A DNA stretch of 6,406 nt from a virus: positions 1-6,406 of the IMG/VR virus record IMGVR_UViG_3300045988_007202, one strand, 5' to 3'. Below, piece by piece: positions 1-5,269 of this stretch (position 1 is its first letter; each line of letters opens with the position of its first letter). A program made the translations under genes and the position numbers. The notes under the pieces were generated by a model. It ran no database searches. It was not told where the DNA came from and was given only the letters and a program-made list of their open reading frames with translations.

Positions 1-119
1 ATTTTTTTGGTATTTCTCGTTCTGAAGGTTTTAAAAAACTTGTTAGTTATTTGGGATATGGTGAAACTTCGCCTGAAAAGTATGTTGACAATCTTCGTTG
101 TAGTGCTTTCCCCCTTTAC
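1..119. repeat. Terminal redundancy: copy 1 of an exact 119-nt direct repeat, identical to 6288..6406. It marks a circular 6,287-nt genome.
   Basis: A base-by-base comparison of 1-119 with 6288-6406 shows identity. The repeat lies inside the VP1 reading frame and keeps the frame. Confidence 0.95.
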
Positions 120-1460
120 GCTTATCAGAAAATTTATCAGGATTACTTCAGACATTCGCAATGGGAAAAGAGTAAGCCATGGACTTACAATTGTGATTTT
201 TGGAACGGCGAGGATTCTACGCCTGTTACTGCTACAGTTGATTTGTTTTCCCAGAACCCCAATGATTCTGTTTTTGAGTTACGTTATGCTAATTGGAATA
301 AGGATCTTTGGATGGGATCTTTGCCTAATAGCCAATTTGGCGATGTTGCTGGTGTTTCTGTTGGTTTTGACACTTCTTCTGCTAAAGTTTCTATTTCCGG
401 TGAGGCTCGTGTTCGTGGTATGTTGCCTGTTGTTAATGCTCAAGAAGATGGTACTTTGTTTGAAAATCAGATTGGTATTCGTGGTCGTGTAGAAGGTGCT
501 CCCTCTAATGGTCAGACTGTTACTGTTTACCCTAATGCTACCTCTGATTCTGCTCGTCCGTATCTTTTTGCTCAGGCTACGGATAAAAGTCCTATTTCTT
601 CTATTTCTGACCCTGCTTCTATTAGTGGTTCTTCCCTTTCTGGTTCTTTGGCTGGCGAATTGAATGCTCAATTTTCTGTTCTTCAGCTCCGTGCTGCCGA
701 AGCTCTTCAGAAATGGAAAGAGATTGCGCAAGCTAATGGTCAGAATTATGCGGCTCAGGTAAAGGCTCACTTTGGTGTTTCTACGAATCCTATGCAGTCC
801 CATCGCTCGACCCGTATTTGTGGCTTTGATGGTTCGATTGATATTTCTGCTGTCGAAAATACTAATCTTACTTCTGACGAAGCTATTATTCGTGGTAAAG
901 GTCTAGGAGGTCAACGGATAAATGATCCGTCTGATTTTAAGTGTACAGAACATGGTATAATTATGTGTATTTATCATGCTACTCCGTTGCTAGATTATGT
1001 TCCTTCCGGTCCTGACTTGCAGTTGATGTCTACTGTTAAGGGCGAGTCTTGGCCTGTTCCTGAGTTTGATAGTTTAGGAATGGAGTCTTTGCCTATGCTT
1101 TCGTTGGTTAATTCTAAAGCCATTGGTGATGTTGTTGCCCATTCTTATGCTGGTTATGTTCCTCGCTATATTAGTTGGAAAACTTCTGTCGATGTTGTGC
1201 GCGGTGCTTTTACTGATACTTTGAAGTCTTGGGTTGCTCCTATTGATTCTGCTTATATGCATGTATTTTTCGGTGATGTTGTTCCAGATGGAAGTTCTTC
1301 TGTACTTTCTTATACTTGGTTTAAGATAAATCCTTCCGTCCTTAATCCTATTTTCGGCGTTGCTGTTGACGGTACTTGGAATACAGATCAATTGTTGTGC
1401 AATTGTCAGTTCGGTGTAAAGGTTGCTCGTAATCTTTCTTACGATGGTATGCCTTATTAG
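1..1460 (+). CDS. VP1: Major capsid protein VP1 (Microviridae F-like jelly-roll), C-terminal part of about 485 aa. It is 5'-truncated by the window edge, and the N-terminal part lies at 5879..6287 across the circular junction.
   Basis: The frame is open from base 3 (the same frame as track ORF 51..1460) and stops at TAG 1458-1460. It joins in frame to 5879..6406 through the 119-nt terminal identity. It carries the conserved microvirus capsid block FSVLQLRAAEALQKWKEIAQANGQNYAAQVKAHFGV. Codon usage is T-ending, as in the other genes. Confidence 0.93.
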   Translation, partial: FFGISRSEGFKKLVSYLGYGETSPEKYVDNLRCSAFPLYAYQKIYQDYFRHSQWEKSKPWTYNCDFWNGEDSTPVTATVDLFSQNPNDSVFELRYANWNKDLWMGSLPNSQFGDVAGVSVGFDTSSAKVSISGEARVRGMLPVVNAQEDGTLFENQIGIRGRVEGAPSNGQTVTVYPNATSDSARPYLFAQATDKSPISSISDPASISGSSLSGSLAGELNAQFSVLQLRAAEALQKWKEIAQANGQNYAAQVKAHFGVSTNPMQSHRSTRICGFDGSIDISAVENTNLTSDEAIIRGKGLGGQRINDPSDFKCTEHGIIMCIYHATPLLDYVPSGPDLQLMSTVKGESWPVPEFDSLGMESLPMLSLVNSKAIGDVVAHSYAGYVPRYISWKTSVDVVRGAFTDTLKSWVAPIDSAYMHVFFGDVVPDGSSSVLSYTWFKINPSVLNPIFGVAVDGTWNTDQLLCNCQFGVKVARNLSYDGMPY

Positions 1461-1483
1461 TTAATTTAATTTAATTTAATTTA
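1461..1483. repeat. Pentanucleotide tandem repeat (TTAAT)x4 plus TTA. It fills most of the 36-nt VP1/next-ORF spacer.
   Basis: The sequence ttaat ttaat ttaat ttaat tta is read directly, immediately after the VP1 stop codon. Confidence 0.9.
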
Positions 1484-1496
1484 GTATATATTGATT

Positions 1497-1994
1497 ATGA
1501 AAGAAGATATTGTTAAAGGTTTCGCGAAATATTCGCTTAATCGTTCTAATCAATTACATGAATGTTCTTGTCACGGTGTTCATTGTGCCGCTGTTGCTCT
1601 TTCTGGTGTATTACGTGAACAATCTCCGGTTGAGGATTTCCTCTTTGATAAAAATTTTGATGGTTCGCTTACGTTTGTTAGTGACTATGGTATTATCGCT
1701 GGTCAAACTGCGATTGATCAGATGAACTCGACGCAACTACGTCGTTATTTAAACGGTTTACGTCCTTCTTCTTCTCCTTATACTCGCCATTATGACGATA
1801 AGTTTCTTTTAGAGTATTGTAAGGATCGTAATATTCAGTCGTATACCGAAATGCAAGCTTGGCTTGAACATTTGATTTCAGAAGGTCAGTCTCTTGAAGG
1901 CGATGTTGCTGCTTATCAGGCTGCTGAGTTGGCTAAACAACAACAGCAACAGCAACAGCAACAACAACAATCTGCCCCGTCTTCTTCAGAATGA
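1497..1994 (+). CDS. Hypothetical 165-aa protein with a C-terminal Q11 tract. It sits between VP1 and VP2, so it may be an internal scaffolding-type protein; that function is not recognised from the sequence.
   Basis: The first ATG is at 1497 (the track ORF begins at TTG 1491). Codon bias is T-ending, like the neighbouring genes. Its stop TGA 1992-1994 overlaps the VP2 ATG 1991 as ATGA. Confidence 0.7.
   Translation: MKEDIVKGFAKYSLNRSNQLHECSCHGVHCAAVALSGVLREQSPVEDFLFDKNFDGSLTFVSDYGIIAGQTAIDQMNSTQLRRYLNGLRPSSSPYTRHYDDKFLLEYCKDRNIQSYTEMQAWLEHLISEGQSLEGDVAAYQAAELAKQQQQQQQQQQQSAPSSSE
1938..1970 (+). repeat. CAA/CAG trinucleotide repeat encoding 11 consecutive glutamines.
   Basis: The codons CAA CAA CAG CAA CAG CAA CAG CAA CAA CAA CAA are in frame with ORF 1497..1994. 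Confidence 0.95.
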
Positions 1995-3088
1995 TAGGTG
2001 CTGCTATTGGTGCCGCTGGTTCATTGGCCAGCGGTGTTGTTAATGCTATTGGAAATAATCGTCAGGGTTCTAAAAACAGGAAACATCAGCTTCAGATGCA
2101 AAAGATCCAGAACGAATGGGCAAGTTCTGAATCGCAAAAATCTCGTGATTTTGCTAAGTCTATGTTTGACGCTTCTAATGAATGGAACTCCGCTAAAAGT
2201 CAGCGTGCACGATTGGAGGAAGCTGGTTTAAACCCCTATTTAATGATGAATGGTGGTAATGCTGGTACGGCTCAGTCTACTTCTGCTCAGTCTGTTTCTG
2301 GTTCTTCTGGTTCAGGCGGTGCGCCTTATCAGTATACGCCTACTAATGTGATTGGTGATGTTGCTTCTTTTTCTGGTGCAATGAGGTCTCTTTCTGAAGC
2401 TCGTAAGTTTGGTACTGAAGCTGATTTACTTGATCGGTATGGTGATTCTGATTATTCTTCTCGTATTGCGAATACTGAGGCTGACACTTTTTTTAAACAA
2501 CGTCAATCTGATGTTGCTACTGCTCAGCGAGCTAATTTGCTTTTGTCTGCCGATGCACAAGAAGTTATGAATTCTTATCTTCCTCAGGAGAAACAGATCC
2601 AGCTTTCTACGCTTGGCTCTCAATATTGGAATCTTATCCGTGATGGTTCAATTAAAGAAGAACAGGCTAAAAATCTTCTTGCTACTCGTTTAGAGATTGA
2701 AGCCCGTACGGCTGGTCAACATATTTCTAATAAGGTTGCTCGTTCAACGGCTGATAGTATTATTGATGCTACTAATACTGCTAAGATGAATGAAGCTGCT
2801 TATAATCGAGGTTATTCTCAATTTTCTAATGATGTTGGTTATCGTACAGGTAAGATGGACCGTTGGTCTCAGGATCCTGTGAAGGCTCGCTGGGATAGAG
2901 GTATTAATAATGCTGGTAAGTTTATCGATGGTCTTTCTAATATCGTTGGTTCTGTTACTAGGTTTGGTTTCTTAAAGAATGCTAGGAATTCGTTAAAAGA
3001 ATCTAAACGTCAATTTGATCGAGGTACTGTTGACATCTTCGACGATAATAGAGGTTATTCTTGGACGCGTCAACATCGCGGACGTTAG
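1991..3088 (+). CDS. VP2: VP2 minor capsid / DNA pilot protein (functional analogue of phiX174 H), 365 aa.
   Basis: The N-terminus is Gly/Ala-rich and hydrophobic (MIGAAIGAAGSLASGVVNAIG). The motif RLEEAGLNPYLMM is typical of microvirus VP2 proteins. There is a Ser/Gly linker and a coiled-coil-like Q/A/E-rich centre. The start is coupled to the upstream stop as ATGA. Confidence 0.85.
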   Translation: MIGAAIGAAGSLASGVVNAIGNNRQGSKNRKHQLQMQKIQNEWASSESQKSRDFAKSMFDASNEWNSAKSQRARLEEAGLNPYLMMNGGNAGTAQSTSAQSVSGSSGSGGAPYQYTPTNVIGDVASFSGAMRSLSEARKFGTEADLLDRYGDSDYSSRIANTEADTFFKQRQSDVATAQRANLLLSADAQEVMNSYLPQEKQIQLSTLGSQYWNLIRDGSIKEEQAKNLLATRLEIEARTAGQHISNKVARSTADSIIDATNTAKMNEAAYNRGYSQFSNDVGYRTGKMDRWSQDPVKARWDRGINNAGKFIDGLSNIVGSVTRFGFLKNARNSLKESKRQFDRGTVDIFDDNRGYSWTRQHRGR

Positions 3089-3112
3089 TTGTCTTTAGTT
3101 TTTACTCCTTTC

Positions 3113-3146
3113 AAGGGATTGGCTTTAATTAGTCAGTCCCTTTTTT
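3113..3146 (+). terminator. Intrinsic-terminator-like hairpin plus T tract, 25 nt after the VP2 stop.
   Basis: AAGGGATTGGCT (3113-3124) pairs with AGTCAGTCCCTT (3131-3142). This gives 12 bp including 2 G-T/U wobbles, with the loop TTAATT. The T run 3141-3146 follows the stem. Confidence 0.55.
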
Positions 3147-3219
3147 GTATGGCCCTCCTGCTTCACTGCACTTCCTATCCCCTTCTATCTGTCCAGCCCA
3201 GCTGGGGGGCCCCTCTGGG

Positions 3220-3234
3220 GGGAGCAAGGCTCCC
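3220..3234 (+). other. Hairpin GGGAGC-AAG-GCTCCC (6-bp stem, triloop).
   Basis: Perfect inverted repeat read directly from the sequence. Confidence 0.55.
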
Positions 3235-3283
3235 TAAATCTCTATGTCGAGCGGTAGCGAAGAATGAAAAAAACGTCGGCTGT

Positions 3284-3302
3284 CCACGGGCCGAAGCCGT
3301 GG
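3284..3302 (+). other. Hairpin CCACGG-GCCGAAG-CCGTGG, a 6-bp GC-rich stem whose loop contains CGAAG.
   Basis: Perfect 6-bp inverted repeat. On the complementary strand the same element reads as a C(UUCG)G-type loop. Confidence 0.55.
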
Positions 3303-3320
3303 TCCCCCGGAAGGGTCTTA

Positions 3321-3327
3321 GCGAAGC
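3321..3327 (+). other. Exact GCGAAGC mini-hairpin heptamer, copy 1.
   Basis: Exact match to the d(GCGAAGC) sequence known to form an unusually stable GAA-loop DNA mini-hairpin. Confidence 0.5.
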
Positions 3328-3359
3328 GTTGATCTGCATAGTTTATAATTTTTATTGGT

Positions 3360-3414
3360 ACGAAGTTCTTAGACTTTCGTGCGAAGCAAACCGGATTAAT
3401 TGTAATCTCCGGTT
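3360..3414 (+). other. Cluster of three adjacent hairpins upstream of the rep gene: 3360-3380, the GCGAAGC mini-hairpin 3381-3387, and 3389-3414 with an AT-rich loop.
   Basis: ACGAA (3360-3364) pairs with TTCGT (3376-3380) and the stem can extend. GCGAAGC at 3381-3387 is exact. AACCGGA (3389-3395) pairs with TCCGGTT (3408-3414). Alternatively AACCG/CGGTT plus GATTA/TAATC form a 10-bp stem with a 2-nt bulge and an ATTG loop. Confidence 0.6.
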
Positions 3415-3487
3415 CAAACTCCCTTGTTCACGATTGGCGAAAGTCACATGACTATATAAAGGTATTGTGTTATTGAAATAAAGTTAT

Positions 3488-3495
3488 TATGTTTG
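3488..3495 (+). promoter_or_regulatory. Bacteroidota-type -7 promoter element TAnnTTTG (TATGTTTG), 4 nt upstream of the VP4 ATG.
   Basis: Motif match read directly. ATTG at 3464-3467 lies 20 nt upstream as a weak -33 TTTG-like element. No Shine-Dalgarno sequence is present. Confidence 0.35.
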
Positions 3496-3499
3496 CAGC

Positions 3500-5119
3500 A
3501 TGATTAATGAACGAAGTAAAACATATGGTTCTTGTCTTCATCCTCGTGTGATAAAGAATAAATATACCGGTGACCCTGTATATGTTCCTTGTGGCACTTG
3601 TGAATTTTGTATCCATAATCGTGCTGTTAAGTCAGAACTTAAATGTAATGTTCAGCTTGCTGCTTCTAAGCATTGCATGTTTGTTACGCTTACTTATTCT
3701 ACTGAGTATTTGCCCGTAGGTAAGTTTTATAAAGGTCCTGCTGGCGAGGTTCGTTTTCGTTCATTACCTCGTGATTTTGTTTATTCATATAAAACTGTTC
3801 AAGGTTATTTACGTAATATATCGTTTAATGATGAGACTTTTGATTTTTCTACTCAATTGTCTTGGGAGTCTGCACGATTATTGCAAGAAAAGACACATTT
3901 ACATTATACTGCTTTTCCTGACGGTCGGCGTGTTTATAATCGACCTTATATGAAAGGTCTTATTGGTTATCTTAACTATCGTGATCTACAGCTTTTTCTT
4001 AAACGTTTAAATCAAAATATAAGGAGTATTACAAATGAAAAGATTCACTACTACGTTACAGGAGAATATGGACCAGCAACTTTCCGTCCGCATTTCCATC
4101 TCTTATTTTTCTTCGACTCGGACAGGCTCGAACAAAGTTTTGGACAGCTTGTTTCTAAGAGCTGGCGATTTGGTGATTCAGATACGCAATCTGTCTGGTC
4201 TTCCGCTTCATGCTACGTTGCGGGATATGTTAATAGTACTGCGTGCCTTCCCGACTTTTTTAAGAATTCTCGGCATATTAAGCCGTTCGGGCGCTTTTCT
4301 GTCCATTTTGCGGAATCCCCTTTTGACGAGATCTTTAAACCGGAAGAAGATGCGGCGTTATTCTCTTTATTCTATGCTGGTCGATTCCTCGATCTTGGTG
4401 GAAAGCCTACGGCGGTCAAACCTAAGAGGTCGCATATCAATCGATTATACCCCCGACTTAATAAGTCTAAGCATGCGACTGTGGATGATGATATACGAGT
4501 TGCTTCAGTTATATCAAAGCTCCCCCAAGTCCTTGCAAAGTTTGGCTTCATTGACGAAGTGAGTAATTTTGAGCTTTCGAAGCGTGTTTATTATTTAATT
4601 CGTCGATATTTGGAAGTTGATCATTCTTTGGATTATGCGCCTGAGGAGCTTCGTGTTATTTATAATGCTTGTCGTCTGTCGCTTTATATCAACTTTTCAG
4701 ATGAAAGTGGTTGCTCTGCTATTTATCGTTTATTACTTCAATATTGTAATTTGGTTAATTATTGGATAACTGCGCCTGTTGGATCTGTTGCTTTTGTTGG
4801 TCAGTTGCGTAAAGCTGTGAGGACTATTCATGCTTTTTATGATTATTTTGAACGTCGGTCTTTGCGTGATCAGCTTGTACAGGTTGAAAAGTATTCTAAT
4901 GATTCTTATGTGCGTGATAATTTATCTATATATTATTTTTACCCTTTGACTGATGTAGATATAATGAAGAAATCTTATTCAGATTTTGTGCTTGGTAGTC
5001 CTGTTCTTCGAGCCAGCTATGCTGATTACGCGGCGGATAATCGTGAACGTATCAAGCACAAGTATTTGAATGATCAGAATGCTTTATTGATTGCTGAGGT
5101 TGACAAAAAACCTATTTAA
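3500..5119 (+). CDS. VP4: VP4 rolling-circle replication initiator (HUH endonuclease, analogue of phiX174 protein A), 539 aa.
   Basis: N-terminal Cys cluster CLHP...VPCGTCEFC. RCR motif I is FVTLTY (3680-3697). The HUH motif is PHFHLLFF, with H-F-H at 4091-4099. The two-tyrosine motif YVAGYV (4214-4231) matches the YVAKYV arrangement of phiX174 A. Confidence 0.93.
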   Translation: MINERSKTYGSCLHPRVIKNKYTGDPVYVPCGTCEFCIHNRAVKSELKCNVQLAASKHCMFVTLTYSTEYLPVGKFYKGPAGEVRFRSLPRDFVYSYKTVQGYLRNISFNDETFDFSTQLSWESARLLQEKTHLHYTAFPDGRRVYNRPYMKGLIGYLNYRDLQLFLKRLNQNIRSITNEKIHYYVTGEYGPATFRPHFHLLFFFDSDRLEQSFGQLVSKSWRFGDSDTQSVWSSASCYVAGYVNSTACLPDFFKNSRHIKPFGRFSVHFAESPFDEIFKPEEDAALFSLFYAGRFLDLGGKPTAVKPKRSHINRLYPRLNKSKHATVDDDIRVASVISKLPQVLAKFGFIDEVSNFELSKRVYYLIRRYLEVDHSLDYAPEELRVIYNACRLSLYINFSDESGCSAIYRLLLQYCNLVNYWITAPVGSVAFVGQLRKAVRTIHAFYDYFERRSLRDQLVQVEKYSNDSYVRDNLSIYYFYPLTDVDIMKKSYSDFVLGSPVLRASYADYAADNRERIKHKYLNDQNALLIAEVDKKPI

Positions 5120-5121
5120 AT

Positions 5122-5268
5122 ATGGAAAAGAAATATTATTTTGCTATTATTCATTTTGGTGAGGATTCTTCAAAAGTGGTTATCTCTTCGGACCAAATTG
5201 ATACGCTTTTGTGTCGTGGTTATATTGTTGAGTTGATTGAGAATGTTAAATTTTTATTTTTGAATTGA
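5122..5268 (+). CDS. Hypothetical small protein, 48 aa (MEKKYYFAIIHFGEDSSKVVISSDQIDTLLCRGYIVELIENVKFLFLN).
   Basis: This ATG ORF is below the track cutoff and was translated by hand. It exactly fills the gap between the VP4 stop (5119) and the peptidase start (5270). It has no recognisable domain. Confidence 0.45.
   Translation: MEKKYYFAIIHFGEDSSKVVISSDQIDTLLCRGYIVELIENVKFLFLN
5255..5262 (+). promoter_or_regulatory. TAnnTTTG motif (TATTTTTG), 7 nt upstream of the peptidase ATG.
   Basis: Motif read directly. It has the same geometry as the motifs before VP4 and VP1. Confidence 0.3.
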
Positions 5269-5269
5269 T

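Larger units (their letters stand above)
3151..3340 (+). other. GC-rich, structure-dense non-coding island inside the single long intergenic region. Function unknown; it is a candidate complementary-strand origin or other cis element.
   Basis: Hand count gives 113 G+C in 190 nt (about 59%), against 33-45% in sampled coding lines. The 5' half is pyrimidine-rich and is followed by G runs. It contains the palindromes CCCAGCTGGG (3197-3206) and GGGGCCCC (3206-3213), CTGGGGGG twice, and several hairpins. Confidence 0.6.

Noticed and set aside
1-119. The 119-nt direct repeats at the two window ends, considered as terminal repeats of a mobile element or prophage att sites.
   Set aside because: The repeat is internal capsid coding sequence and joins the two capsid halves in frame. 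This is the signature of a circular genome written out with an overlap, not of LTRs or att sites.
7-492. Long hydrophobic overlapping + strand ORFs at 7..492, 1510..1725, 1998..2231, 3771..3953, 5973..6230, plus the part of 5505..5882 upstream of 5667. The last could be read as a GTG-started two-helix holin-like extension overlapping the end of the endolysin gene.
   Set aside because: Every one lies in the +1 frame relative to the real gene it overlaps. With codons mostly ending in T, that frame has T at the middle position. It therefore encodes Leu/Ile/Val/Phe and can rarely form stop codons, so long hydrophobic ORFs are expected as an artefact. Most start at TTG or GTG. The 5505-5666 segments also have Arg residues inside the putative helices. 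This one would only be worth revisiting if the frame proves conserved in relatives.
279-803. Minus-strand ORFs at 279..803, 1074..1391 and 2426..2623.
   Set aside because: They are antisense to well-supported capsid and pilot genes. Their products are low-complexity R/N/S/I/T-rich strings, as expected from the complement of T-ending codons. Microviridae genomes are transcribed from one strand only.
3204-3222. A G-quadruplex formed from the two G6 runs.
   Set aside because: There are only two G runs, separated by a C-rich spacer that pairs with them perfectly (GGGGCCCC and CCCC-TCT-GGGG). Duplex or hairpin formation is much more likely than a four-run quadruplex.
3284-3330. A resemblance of GGTCCCCCGGAAGGG to the SRP RNA helix 8 GGAA tetraloop region and to the HDV-like ribozyme GGUCCC core.
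   Set aside because: Only a short GC stem with a GGAA loop is shared. The conserved flanking internal loops of SRP RNA, and the nested double pseudoknot of HDV-like ribozymes, could not be built by hand. A covariance-model scan would be needed before making any claim.
3344-3349. A sigma70-type TATAAT box with TTGATC at 3329-3334.
   Set aside because: The spacer is only 9 nt instead of about 17. The other signals in the genome point to a Bacteroidota host, which does not use this consensus.
3329-3360. A dif/XerCD-like site (TGCATAG TTTATA ATTTTTATT, and TTATGTT at 3487-3493), considered as an integration site for lysogeny.
   Set aside because: Only the GCATA-type half-site and an AT-rich spacer resemble the E. 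coli and B. subtilis dif sequences. The well-conserved XerD arm (TTATGTTAAAT) is not matched at the right spacing. The resemblance is no better than expected in AT-rich sequence, and comparison with the real host dif would be needed.
3411-3423. A tRNA T-loop-like string GGTTCAAACTCCC, considered as a tRNA gene or tRNA-derived attP.
   Set aside because: The flanking bases cannot form a T stem (TCCGG against TCCCT). No D-arm, anticodon-arm or acceptor pairing can be built around it.
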